Part shown: piece by piece, positions 34,960-44,120 of the stretch
Layout of the letters: each line of letters starts with the position of its first letter
Position numbering within the stretch: position 1 is the first letter of the stretch
Source of the DNA: a virus
Lineage: Duplodnaviria > Heunggongvirae > Uroviricota > Caudoviricetes
Length of the DNA: 64,000 nt
IMG/VR virus record: IMGVR_UViG_3300027770_000046
Direction: 5' to 3' (one strand)
The notes under the pieces: model-generated
Database searches by the model: none
What the model was told of the DNA's origin: nothing
What the model saw: only the letters and a program-made list of their open reading frames with translations
Program-made: the position numbers and the translations under genes

Positions 34960-36120
34960 ATGGCTGATTTTTCATTAACCACGCTCTTTGTCGTTCCAGT
35001 AGGAAATACTCTACCTAGCTCTGGCTCTACACAAGATTTAACAGCTGGTCAAGTAGGAATTTTTAATAGTGATTACACAGTATCTACTACTGGTAACATT
35101 ACAAACTATCCTTACTTTTACATCGCACAAGGTAGAGTAAATACATACTTACAAGGATCTAAGCGTTCAGACAAAATATCTGGATGTCCAAGTGGCTCTT
35201 CTTGTAAAACAAACGTAACTGAGTGGTACAAATCTTTAGGATGTGCTACTCCTGTAAATCAAGTAACTGATGTAGTTGACTTCACAGTAAAATGTGGTGA
35301 AATTGTTACATTAACATTACGTGGCTTCTCTAGCTATTTAAACACATTGTACTTCAATGGTTTCACTCGTAGTGTAACTGTTAATGCACCTTGTTGTGAT
35401 TGTGGTGGAGATCCTTGTACAGATACTGATGTTCCTGCTTTAATTGATTCATTAATCTTAAAGTTAGAATCTCATGCACCTGGTGACAACCCAGACAACA
35501 TTTACTTATCTCAGTTTTATCAATTCCAAAGACTTGGTGATGATCAATCTGCTTTCTTACGTATCACTGGTAAACCATTAACTGCTTATGGACAACCTTG
35601 TGACATTGCTGCATTCCCTTTTGAGTATGACAGATTCTACTTTAGAACTTTCATTTTCTCTGGTCCTGCAACTACTGCTGACTTTATTGTTGATGATCCT
35701 TGTAACAAAGTAGCTCAACCTGTAATTATTCAACGTTCTAACTATGCTGTTGGTACTTCTGCTGAGGTTCAACAATTAGAGAAGAACTTCTATAGTTACC
35801 AAGCTGGTTACTTAAAGCATCTTTACAGAATGAATGGTTACAACGAGAACTTTGAGTCTTGGGTAACTGATGGTACAATCTATGATTTGTATTACATCAA
35901 ATTCAATGAGTATGATAGATCTGCTTACCAATGGGGTGATTACATCATGGAAGATAGCATGGTAATTATTGCTGTTCCTGAATCTGAAACATCTGCAATT
36001 GAAGATATCTTAGTAGCTGGTTTAGGAGCTGTAGCTGGAGATACTGCTTGTATCACAACTACTAGCACTACAACTACTGTATGGCCTAGTACTTCAACAA
36101 CAACTACTTTGATTCCTTAA
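34960..36120 (+). CDS. virion structural protein with C-terminal poly-Thr tail
   Basis: 386 aa ending ...TTTSTTTTVWPSTSTTTTLIP. Cys-rich central part. Confidence 0.5.
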   Translation: MADFSLTTLFVVPVGNTLPSSGSTQDLTAGQVGIFNSDYTVSTTGNITNYPYFYIAQGRVNTYLQGSKRSDKISGCPSGSSCKTNVTEWYKSLGCATPVNQVTDVVDFTVKCGEIVTLTLRGFSSYLNTLYFNGFTRSVTVNAPCCDCGGDPCTDTDVPALIDSLILKLESHAPGDNPDNIYLSQFYQFQRLGDDQSAFLRITGKPLTAYGQPCDIAAFPFEYDRFYFRTFIFSGPATTADFIVDDPCNKVAQPVIIQRSNYAVGTSAEVQQLEKNFYSYQAGYLKHLYRMNGYNENFESWVTDGTIYDLYYIKFNEYDRSAYQWGDYIMEDSMVIIAVPESETSAIEDILVAGLGAVAGDTACITTTSTTTTVWPSTSTTTTLIP

Positions 36121-36148
36121 GAATAAAAGTAGCATCATATTAACCTAT

Positions 36149-36192
36149 GCCAGAGGGTGAGAGGATATCTCAAATCCTCTGGCATTTTTATT
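36149..36192 (+). terminator. intrinsic terminator
   Basis: GCCAGAGG...CCTCTGGC 8 bp stem (with a nested GAGGAT/ATCCTC stem) followed by ATTTTTATT. Confidence 0.7.
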
Positions 36193-36202
36193 ATAAAAAA
36201 CC

Positions 36203-36760
36203 ATGATATTAGATTTTTTAGTAATCAACACATATAACACACAAACACTTGGTGTGGCTGATATATCTGTTTATGATACAGATCCACCTAATGTTAGTGC
36301 TGCTACTATGCAAATTACTGTTCCTGGTTTTCCTACACCTGTTTCTATTCCATTCAATGTGAATAGCTTTAATGTTTACAACTCAATTATTTTAGGACTA
36401 AGTACATTCCCAGCAGTGACACCATTGCCTGATGGAATATATTTCATGAAATATTCAGTTGCCCCAGCTACTACAAACTTTGTAGAGAAGAACATTATGC
36501 GTACTGAACTTATTCAAGAAAAGTTTGATGGTGCGTTTATGAAGCTTGACATGATGGAATGTGATTCAGCTATAAGAACCCAGTCGAAAGTAGTATTGAA
36601 TAGTATTTGGTATATGATTCAAGGCTCTATAGCAGCAGCTAATAACTGTGCTATTGATACAGCCAATAAATTATATATCCAAGCAAATAGACAATTGGAT
36701 TATTTTATTGCAAATCAATGTGGTTGTACAGGAAACAACTATATAATTAATTTCCCTTAA
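36203..36760 (+). CDS. virion structural protein (putative, 185 aa)
   Basis: ORF in the late operon. Confidence 0.5.
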   Translation: MILDFLVINTYNTQTLGVADISVYDTDPPNVSAATMQITVPGFPTPVSIPFNVNSFNVYNSIILGLSTFPAVTPLPDGIYFMKYSVAPATTNFVEKNIMRTELIQEKFDGAFMKLDMMECDSAIRTQSKVVLNSIWYMIQGSIAAANNCAIDTANKLYIQANRQLDYFIANQCGCTGNNYIINFP

Positions 36761-36761
36761 T

Positions 36762-36908
36762 ATGGCAAACTGTAGAGGATGTGGTATGAAGGTGGGCTGT
36801 GGCTGTCAATTAATTAATGGCCTATGTTCAGCATGCAACAACAAACTTAAAACTGCTACAAAAAGAATAAAAGATGTTATCACCAAGATTAACAGATTGT
36901 GTAGTTGA
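36762..36908 (+). CDS. Cys-rich micro-ORF (48 aa, zinc-ribbon-like)
   Basis: My own translation gives MANCRGCGMKVGCGCQLINGLCSACNNKLKTATKRIKDVITKINRLCS. It has seven Cys, including CRGC and CSAC pairs. It starts 1 nt after the stop of 36203-36760 and is not in the ORF track because it is under 60 aa. Confidence 0.35.
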   Translation: MANCRGCGMKVGCGCQLINGLCSACNNKLKTATKRIKDVITKINRLCS

Positions 36909-37149
36909 TGCTAGCATTCCTGCTACACTATTACAAATTGATGAAAGATTAACTTACTGGGCAACTCGCCAGTATAATAATATTATCTTCTCTATGAATA
37001 ATTGTATTCCTGGAGAGATAATTGATGATTTATTACATTACAAACAAATATTAACATATAGACTTTGTACTCCCACTTATGCTATGGTGTGTGGTCTTCC
37101 CACTACCTCTCAGGTTGTGAGTAGAGTTAAAGTGTTAATTCATAAATAA
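36874..37149 (+). CDS. hypothetical protein (91 aa)
   Basis: ORF overlapping the 3' end of the micro-ORF in another frame. Confidence 0.35.
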   Translation: MLSPRLTDCVVDASIPATLLQIDERLTYWATRQYNNIIFSMNNCIPGEIIDDLLHYKQILTYRLCTPTYAMVCGLPTTSQVVSRVKVLIHK

Positions 37150-37157
37150 ATTAAACC

Positions 37158-38249
37158 ATGTCTTGCGAAAGTTGTTATAATGGATGTGTTCAGACAGTAT
37201 CTGATGAATGTGTTAGATATACAGGTATAAACTATGAGGCACTAGGTGTTGAAACAGGAGACAATTTAGTTTCTGTTGAACAAGCTATAATGAATGCTCT
37301 AGTTCCTTTATTAACTGGTACAGGGGATGCTATTACATTAAGTATATCTTGTCCTATAGTTGATTTATATTTACCTGCTCATACACCAAATACTCAAGAG
37401 TTATTTACAGCTACAGTATCAGCTATATGTAGCTTACAAGCACAAGTATTTACTATTGATGATATATTAACTATACTAAATGCTGATTATGCAATTGATT
37501 GTCTTACAGGGGTAACTGCTTCTTCTGACACTCATGCTATTGTCCAAGCTATTATAAATAAGCTTTGTTTAACTGTCACTGATCTTGCTGCTCTTACACT
37601 TGATGTAGATACAAACTATGTTAAGCTAGCAGACTTAGATGCTTTGATTGCAGCTTATTTAGCTAGTCAAAGTGGTGGTGGTTCAAATCAACAATATTTA
37701 AAAATGGTTCCATATGTAGCATATGAATACTATGGATCATTAACTAACTTTGATGGAACAGGTGCAGGTTTAAATGCTGCTGGGTTCTACAAGGTATATC
37801 TATGTAATGGCTTAAATGGCACTCCTGATAGAAGAGGACGTGTTGCTGTTGGAGCTATTCAAAATGTTCCTCCAATAGGAGTTGGATTGGATGCTGCAGT
37901 TAATCCTGCAAATCCTGGTAATCCAAACTATGCAATATTTAATACAGCTGGAGCAAATACAGTGACGCTTATTGCATCACAGATGCCTTCTCACTCACAT
38001 AGTGCAACTGCTACATCTATTGGTACTATTTCTCCAAATCCTCATAGCCATAGTTATGCAGGAGTTCAAGCTCCTTCAGGACAAGGAGATGGAAGTAGAA
38101 CTTCTGTGCCTCTAACTAGAGATACTAGTAGTGTTAGTCTTACTGTTGATATAACTACAAGTGTTACAAATACTAATACAGGTGGTGGGGAAGCTCACGC
38201 AAATATTCAACCTGTCATAGCTGCATATTATATTATGTACATTCCTTAA
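37158..38249 (+). CDS. tail fibre protein with C-terminal phage tail-collar domain
   Basis: C-terminus ...SQMPSHSHSATA...NPHSHSYAG...GGGEAHANIQPVIAAYYIMYIP matches the tail-collar fibre domain signature (HtH...G..aHnN.QPyl.lnyiI). 363 aa. Confidence 0.6.
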   Translation: MSCESCYNGCVQTVSDECVRYTGINYEALGVETGDNLVSVEQAIMNALVPLLTGTGDAITLSISCPIVDLYLPAHTPNTQELFTATVSAICSLQAQVFTIDDILTILNADYAIDCLTGVTASSDTHAIVQAIINKLCLTVTDLAALTLDVDTNYVKLADLDALIAAYLASQSGGGSNQQYLKMVPYVAYEYYGSLTNFDGTGAGLNAAGFYKVYLCNGLNGTPDRRGRVAVGAIQNVPPIGVGLDAAVNPANPGNPNYAIFNTAGANTVTLIASQMPSHSHSATATSIGTISPNPHSHSYAGVQAPSGQGDGSRTSVPLTRDTSSVSLTVDITTSVTNTNTGGGEAHANIQPVIAAYYIMYIP

Positions 38250-38270
38250 TCTTATTAAACTAATTATAAA

Positions 38271-40031
38271 ATGGCTTGCAATCCTGGAGATCCTTGTTAC
38301 AATGCTTACTATCATCCTAATGAAAACTGTAGTTCAGTTCCTTGTGAAACAGTATCAGGTCTTGTTACATATAATGGACCCAACCTTCCTTGTTCAGGAA
38401 TTCACACTGGAGATAACTTAAACTGTGCTCTATCAAAAATAGATGACGCTCTTTGCAATGGTGTTGTTGGTCTTAATGGTACCTCTGGAACTTCTGGTTC
38501 TAGTGGTATAACAGGAAGCTCTGGAACATCTGGAAGTTCAGGTGCTACAGGTTCATCTGGAACCTCTGGTTCATCTGGTAGCTCAGGTAGTAACGGTGCC
38601 GCTGGTGCTGCTGGTAGTAGTGGTACCTCTGGATCTAATGGTACGTCTGGAAGTTCTGGTAGAGAAGGTTCTAATGGTACTTCAGGTTCTGGTGGTCTTT
38701 CTGGAACTGCTGGTACATCTGGTTCTTCTGGTCTTTCTGGAAGTTCAGGAAGTTCTGCAACTTCAGGTACAGATGGTAGCTCTGGTACCACAGGTACATC
38801 AGGTCGTGATGCTACTGCTGGTACTTCAGGTCAAGATGCAACCTCTGGTACTTCTGGTTCTACTGGTACTACTGGTACATCTGGAACATCTGCGTCTAGT
38901 GGTACAAATGGTACTTCAGCTTCTTCAGGTACAGCTGGTTTAGATGGAGATAGATATTTAACATCTTCTGTTACATCTTTATTAATAGGAACTGGTACTA
39001 GAACATTAACTGTTGGTACAGGATTAGCTTATAGTGTTGCACAGACAGTCATCATAGTATATGATGTAAGTAATACAATGCAAGGATCTGTTACCTCTTA
39101 CAATAGTGGTACAGGTGTTATGGTGGTTAACGTTACCACTACAGTGGGTGCAGGAACATATGCAGCTTGGGCTGTAAACTTATTTGGAGCTGCTGGTGGT
39201 AATGGAACAAGTGGTACTTCAGGTTCAACTGGTACTTCTGCAACAGCAGGAACAAGTGGATCTAGTGCTACATCAGGAACATCTGCAAGCTCTGGTTCAT
39301 CAGGTACATCTGCAAGTTCAGGAAGCTCAGGTTCTTCAGCTACAGCAGGTACATCAGCTAGTTCTGGTACATCTGCTTCTAGTGGAACAAGTACAGGAAC
39401 AGCTGGCACATCAGCATCAGCTGGTACTTCTGGTGCTGCTGGTACTTCTGGTGCTGCTGGTCCCACTGGCCCTCAAGGTCCACAAGGAGCTACTGGTCCA
39501 CAAGGTCCTACAGGAGGTCCTGGTCCAACTGGACCACAGGGAGCTACAGGACCTCAAGGAGCAACAGGAGGACCTGGTCCTACTGGTCCTCAAGGTGCCC
39601 AAGGTCCCCAAGGAGCAACTGGCCCTACTGGCCCTACTGGCCCTGGATTTACATCTATCTCTCCAGCAACTGCAGGAGCAATAGTTATATGTACTAATGC
39701 AAACTCTGGATATACAAACTCAACTGTATATGTAAGTGGTAATTCAATATATGCAGATTCTTTCTTCCAAAACTCTGACTTAAGACTTAAAGATATAATT
39801 ACAGCTATTCCATCAAACAATGTAGAAACTGTAGCATTTACTTGGAAAGATGAAGCAAAAGATAATAAAACTCATTGGGGATATATTGCACAAGAAGTAC
39901 AGAATGTATTACCAGATGCTGTAGAAGAAAAAGAAGATGGTTTCTTAGTAGTGGATTATACACAGGTACATAGCTGGAAGATTGCTCAATTAGAAAAACG
40001 TATTTCTGAATTAGAAGCTAAATTGAAATAA
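38271..40031 (+). CDS. collagen-like tail fibre with C-terminal intramolecular chaperone (peptidase S74-like) domain
   Basis: Long Ser/Thr-rich Gly-X-Y tracts ([13 protein letters not shown]...), then canonical collagen triplets ([28 protein letters not shown]...). C-terminal ...SDLRLKDI...[17 protein letters not shown] resembles the auto-cleaving chaperone domain of endosialidase-type fibres (Ser-Lys dyad SDxxLK). Confidence 0.7.
   Translation: MACNPGDPCYNAYYHPNENCSSVPCETVSGLVTYNGPNLPCSGIHTGDNLNCALSKIDDALCNGVVGLNGTSGTSGSSGITGSSGTSGSSGATGSSGTSGSSGSSGSNGAAGAAGSSGTSGSNGTSGSSGREGSNGTSGSGGLSGTAGTSGSSGLSGSSGSSATSGTDGSSGTTGTSGRDATAGTSGQDATSGTSGSTGTTGTSGTSASSGTNGTSASSGTAGLDGDRYLTSSVTSLLIGTGTRTLTVGTGLAYSVAQTVIIVYDVSNTMQGSVTSYNSGTGVMVVNVTTTVGAGTYAAWAVNLFGAAGGNGTSGTSGSTGTSATAGTSGSSATSGTSASSGSSGTSASSGSSGSSATAGTSASSGTSASSGTSTGTAGTSASAGTSGAAGTSGAAGPTGPQGPQGATGPQGPTGGPGPTGPQGATGPQGATGGPGPTGPQGAQGPQGATGPTGPTGPGFTSISPATAGAIVICTNANSGYTNSTVYVSGNSIYADSFFQNSDLRLKDIITAIPSNNVETVAFTWKDEAKDNKTHWGYIAQEVQNVLPDAVEEKEDGFLVVDYTQVHSWKIAQLEKRISELEAKLK
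38480..39650 (+). repeat. highly repetitive 9 bp-periodic (GGT-NNN-NNN) collagen-like coding repeats
   Basis: Visible tandem ggtacttctggt/ggaagctct... units. They generate the spurious antisense and alternative-frame ORFs 38402-38791, 38542-38943, 39098-39466, 39184-39684, 39417-39611 and 39590-39820. Confidence 0.6.
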
Positions 40032-40885
40032 TGCAAACATTTAATGCTTTAGTAACATATACAGATTTAACAACAATGGGGCTTACTCCAATAGGAACAC
40101 CACCTACAGGTAATCAAATTGCTACTAAACAATTTATAGTTAGTAATTATTATGTAGATAGTGGTCCTTTAGTTGGATATGCAAACAATCAATGTCCTCC
40201 ATATCAATCTATAACAAATACAACATTTTTTAATGCATCAGTTAGTTATGGTAGCACTTCATATATAGCATGTTATAGTCCAGCAGGTAGTGTAACAGTA
40301 TTAGGAAATACTTCAACATTTTGTACTTCTACTATATTTACTTCATCAGGATTTGTAACATTTGCTAATGGTAACTACCTTTTATCATATGGAGGAAATG
40401 CTGTAAATATAAATATATCAGGAGCTCCAACTAATATTGCAACTATGTATGGTGGTGGATGTGCAGCATGTACAACTACTACAACTACCACTACAATACC
40501 TCCTCCTCCTCCTCCAGTATTAACATGTTTTACATTAAGTAATAATACAACTTTTCCTGATGGTTGTAATGGAACTGTTGATCAACAAGACGTATATACA
40601 GTTACATTAAAAGATCAATATGGTAATCCAATTGCTGCTCCATATACTATAACATTTGAATTTTCATATGATTTTGCTAATATAGAAGATAATCCACTTT
40701 GTGAAAGTTCAGGAACAGCATATGCAACATTAAATGTAAATTCAGGAAATACTTCAGGACAATATACATTTTATACACTTAGTCATGCAAACTGTTGTCA
40801 ATCAGGTATTTGTGATGGATCTTGTTACTCATACCAAAATAATGTTACTTACTTATCAAACTCAGCAGGATTATCACTTTGTTAA
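40031..40885 (+). CDS. fibre/receptor-binding-like protein with poly-Thr/poly-Pro linker
   Basis: 284 aa. Linker CAACTTTTTTTIPPPPPPVL. Cys-rich C-terminus (CCQSGICDGSCYSY). Confidence 0.5.
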   Translation: MQTFNALVTYTDLTTMGLTPIGTPPTGNQIATKQFIVSNYYVDSGPLVGYANNQCPPYQSITNTTFFNASVSYGSTSYIACYSPAGSVTVLGNTSTFCTSTIFTSSGFVTFANGNYLLSYGGNAVNINISGAPTNIATMYGGGCAACTTTTTTTTIPPPPPPVLTCFTLSNNTTFPDGCNGTVDQQDVYTVTLKDQYGNPIAAPYTITFEFSYDFANIEDNPLCESSGTAYATLNVNSGNTSGQYTFYTLSHANCCQSGICDGSCYSYQNNVTYLSNSAGLSLC

Positions 40886-40896
40886 AATAAACCAAT

Positions 40897-41466
40897 ATGA
40901 CAGTATTAATAACACTTACCCTAGCAGGATCTGATACAGGTCCATTCAACTTATACTCAAATGTAGATGGTTACATAACAGCATTTGAAACTGGTATTTC
41001 TAGAGCAGCTCTTGTTGCTGGATACACATCAACTCTAGTTCCACAATATACTACAGAAGTTCTTGTAAGATCTACAGGAGTCTGTGATAGAGACCTTTAT
41101 TTAGATGTAGTGGGAGCTCCAACTACCACCACCACTAGTACTTCTACAAGTAGTACAAGTACAACTTCCACATCTACAACTCTTAATCCAGAGGATTATT
41201 ATTTAGCTGAGGTTGGACAGTATGCTGAAAATGATGGATGTCCTACAGGTTCAGTTTTAAGAATATACTTAGATGCTTCTGACTATACCTTGTTTGTAGC
41301 TAATAGCTACTCATTTGCAGGCCTTGGAGGAGGTGCTCCTACAACTTGTACAGCAATTGCTAGAAACGCTGTAGGTACTCCTATCACTGCTCTTTTGTTT
41401 GATCAAGAGAATATATCTTGGAATATTACAAGTGGCAACTTTCAATATAATTCGTTCCAATGCTAA
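40897..41466 (+). CDS. fibre-associated protein with Ser/Thr linker
   Basis: 189 aa. Linker PTTTTTSTSTSSTSTTSTSTTLNP. Followed by a terminator. Confidence 0.5.
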   Translation: MTVLITLTLAGSDTGPFNLYSNVDGYITAFETGISRAALVAGYTSTLVPQYTTEVLVRSTGVCDRDLYLDVVGAPTTTTTSTSTSSTSTTSTSTTLNPEDYYLAEVGQYAENDGCPTGSVLRIYLDASDYTLFVANSYSFAGLGGGAPTTCTAIARNAVGTPITALLFDQENISWNITSGNFQYNSFQC

Positions 41467-41506
41467 TACAATTTTAAAAATCCTGTTTGTTGGTTTACAG
41501 GGAGTT

Positions 41507-41540
41507 CTCCTAGGGTTTCCACCCTGGGAGTTTTTGTTTT
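41507..41540 (+). terminator. intrinsic terminator
   Basis: CTCCTAGGGT-ttcc-ACCCTGGGAG (10 bp stem, one mismatch) followed by TTTTTGTTTT. Confidence 0.6.
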
Positions 41541-41650
41541 AACTATAACTAAAAAAGTTATTCCATATAACCAAAATAGTTAACTTATTTTTGGGAAATT
41601 CAGAAATAGTTCCTATCTTTACATTAATTTTTAACCAAAATAAACTACAT

Positions 41651-42901
41651 ATGCCTGAGAATCAAGCATTACTGAACCAGCTAGAAGAAATCCTACATTG
41701 GAAAAAGAGTAAAAAGTTCTACGCTGACAAGCTTGGAATTACAGAATTAGAGGTTGATGAGTTATTGGTAGAGTTAAGAAACAGAGAAATTGTTGAAGAA
41801 GTGGCAGAGGTGGGTAACTATGTTTCTGAGCTAGAGGAAACAATAGTGAGATTTGAAGAAGACATTGTTAAAGGAACAGGAGAGATTGTCTTCAATAGCA
41901 AAGATGAAATTAAGAGCTTAGATGAGCTCATAGTAAAGTGTAAGATTGACACAGACAAATGGGAAATCACCAAGTACGTACAGAACTACTGGGGAAATGG
42001 TGGGAATCCACATTGGCAAGTCAAAGCCTGGTTAGGGAAGAAGTCTACAGAACAAGTTTTTCAAGATGCGTTTGTAGACTTTTTAGCTTCATATAAGCCT
42101 GTAAGTCAAGAGGTTATGAGTCCTAAGGTTGACTTTGACAAACCAAAAGGTATGTTAGTCATCAACAAACAGGATTCTCACTTGAACAAATATGACATAG
42201 ATGGTAACAATGATGTTACTAATAGACTAGCTCATATCATGTACAAGGTGGAGTTGATAGCTAACCAAGCTCAGCTTTCAAACAACTTAGAAGAAATTAC
42301 ATACATCATTGGGTCTGATGAGTTCAATAGTGAATACAGTGGTATGACTACAAAAGGAACTCCTCAAACAAACACTCACACATATCAAACATCATTCGAG
42401 TACATATGTGGACATGAGATCTTAATGATTACAATGTTATTACAGTATGGTCATGAAGTGAAGGTAGTATATGTAGCAGGTAATCATGATGAGTTTGTAG
42501 GATGGCATATGGTTAATTGGTTACAAACCTACTTTAGAAATACAGAGAGAGTAACATTTGATTGTTCTCCTAAGTATAGAAAGTATGTAAGCTATGGTCA
42601 ATCAGCATTGATGTTTAATCATGGAGATGCTATTAAACCTGCAAAGCTTGCTGCATTGTTTCCAATAGAATATAGAGCAGGGTGGTCTTTACATGATAAG
42701 TTCTATATATTCACAGGAGATAAACACCATGAGGTGAGTCATGATTTCAATGGTATTAAGTTTTACCAAATCTCAGCATTCTCAAATTCTAAGAGTCTAT
42801 GGGATGATAAGAATGGTCATACAATGTCTAAAGCAGAAGTAACAGGATTCCTAATTGATTATGATGAAGGAATAACAAATATATTCAAACAGTATTTATA
42901 A
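41651..42901 (+). CDS. calcineurin-like metallophosphoesterase domain protein (Mre11/SbcD-like motif set)
   Basis: Motifs in order: DSH (VINKQDSHLN), GSDEF, VYVAGNHDEF (GNHD), FNHGD, TGDKHHEVSHD. ORF 41591-42901, with start chosen at MPENQ (41651), which is preceded by the conserved AACCAAAA..AACTACATATG leader. Confidence 0.5.
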   Translation: MPENQALLNQLEEILHWKKSKKFYADKLGITELEVDELLVELRNREIVEEVAEVGNYVSELEETIVRFEEDIVKGTGEIVFNSKDEIKSLDELIVKCKIDTDKWEITKYVQNYWGNGGNPHWQVKAWLGKKSTEQVFQDAFVDFLASYKPVSQEVMSPKVDFDKPKGMLVINKQDSHLNKYDIDGNNDVTNRLAHIMYKVELIANQAQLSNNLEEITYIIGSDEFNSEYSGMTTKGTPQTNTHTYQTSFEYICGHEILMITMLLQYGHEVKVVYVAGNHDEFVGWHMVNWLQTYFRNTERVTFDCSPKYRKYVSYGQSALMFNHGDAIKPAKLAALFPIEYRAGWSLHDKFYIFTGDKHHEVSHDFNGIKFYQISAFSNSKSLWDDKNGHTMSKAEVTGFLIDYDEGITNIFKQYL

Positions 42902-43638
42902 TGGCTACATTAAGAAAAATGGTCTCAGATGTTCGTGCAATGCACAAACTATTAACAACAGATAACCTTATCACTGATAGGGTTGTTGCGTCTGAGGTTA
43001 GAAACAATACATTTTTATTGGTAAAGAGAGAAACAAATCTCAGAAAGCTTTGGGCTACAGACACTGTATTCCAAACACTTCCTTGTTTAGAGATGATAGA
43101 GGTTCCTATTTCTGATTGCTGTGAGTATGTTGATCCTTGTCAAGTGGCAAGAAGCAGATTCAAACTTCCTCGCATCAGTGAAGGAAACTATCAATATCTA
43201 ATACAAGGTGTATATTCTATCAACGCTATGGGTGGTAAAGGAAAAAGATTTAAAGAGATTACAATTAACAGATACTTAAATTTATTAAAGCTACCTATCA
43301 TTAGAGCTGAACAATATTACTGGATAGCAAATGGAGGATATTTATATATTAATAATCCTAATTTGCACTCAGTGAGAATTTCTGCATTCTTTGAAGAAGA
43401 TGTTCCTAATGAGATACTATACCCATCAGACTGTGCATGTGGCCCAACTCCTACAGTGAGCGATGAAGACTATTGTATGAATCCATTGGATAAGGAGTTT
43501 GGATGTCCTGGTTATTTAGAAAAACAAGTATTAGAGTTAACATCTCAAAAACTATTATCTACTTACTTTAGCATTAAAACAGACATGACATTTGAAGGTA
43601 TAGATGGTCAGGCTCCTAATGCTAAACCAACTAGTTAA
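42901..43638 (+). CDS. hypothetical protein (245 aa)
   Basis: ORF in the late operon. Start overlaps the previous stop (ATAATG). Confidence 0.5.
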   Translation: MATLRKMVSDVRAMHKLLTTDNLITDRVVASEVRNNTFLLVKRETNLRKLWATDTVFQTLPCLEMIEVPISDCCEYVDPCQVARSRFKLPRISEGNYQYLIQGVYSINAMGGKGKRFKEITINRYLNLLKLPIIRAEQYYWIANGGYLYINNPNLHSVRISAFFEEDVPNEILYPSDCACGPTPTVSDEDYCMNPLDKEFGCPGYLEKQVLELTSQKLLSTYFSIKTDMTFEGIDGQAPNAKPTS

Positions 43639-44114
43639 TGCGAACCAAGATTGACTGGAGAAGCTCCAGTAAAGAAAACTACAACAATTTCTGCAGAAAA
43701 AATCCCACCATAAAAGTTACATTTGATGAGTGGAGAAACGTTATATATCAATATAATGAGCATTTCAAAAACTACATTCTAGAAACAGGAGAGAAAGCAA
43801 GACTTCCTTTTGGCTTTGGTGAATTCTCTATCAATAAAAAGAAGAGAAAGAAGATGAAAACAGTTGATGGTAAGGAGATGGTTAACCTACCAGTTGATTG
43901 GCAAAAGACAAAACAAAAGGGTAAGATCATTTACAACTTCAACTATCATACAGAAGGATTCTTCTTTGGTTGGATGTGGTTTAAAGAGTCTACAAGAATT
44001 CGTAACATCAACTTATGGTACTTCAAACCTTCTCGTACTACTTCTAGATTGCTGTCACATTACATAAAAACAGATGACAAATACCAGCACCTTTATAGGG
44101 AATGGAAAAAATAA
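43638..44114 (+). CDS. hypothetical basic protein (158 aa)
   Basis: ORF in the late operon. Confidence 0.5.
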   Translation: MRTKIDWRSSSKENYNNFCRKNPTIKVTFDEWRNVIYQYNEHFKNYILETGEKARLPFGFGEFSINKKKRKKMKTVDGKEMVNLPVDWQKTKQKGKIIYNFNYHTEGFFFGWMWFKESTRIRNINLWYFKPSRTTSRLLSHYIKTDDKYQHLYREWKK

Positions 44115-44120
44115 AATAAC

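Noticed and set aside
38480-39650. CRISPR-like array suggested by the regularly spaced short repeats
   Set aside because: The repeats are in-frame 9 bp coding units of a collagen-like protein with no unique spacers of CRISPR size. There are no cas genes.
38402-39820. Six ORFs (38402-38791 minus, 38542-38943 plus, 39098-39466 minus, 39184-39684 plus, 39417-39611 minus, 39590-39820 minus) rich in Pro/Glu/Val/Leu overlapping the collagen-like fibre gene
   Set aside because: They are translation artefacts of the 9 bp-periodic GGT-NNN-NNN repeat read in other frames or on the other strand. The plus-strand frame with Gly-X-Y triplets, a proper start after the upstream gene and a recognisable C-terminal chaperone domain is the real gene.
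41467-41590. Possible tRNA in the 124 bp spacer (GGGTTTCCACCC resembles a T-arm)
   Set aside because: The loop is 4 nt, not the 7 nt TΨC loop. No acceptor or anticodon stem can be drawn. The structure followed by TTTTTGTTTT is better explained as an intrinsic terminator. No other intergenic region in the window shows tRNA-like structure by eye, though a tRNAscan run would be the proper test.
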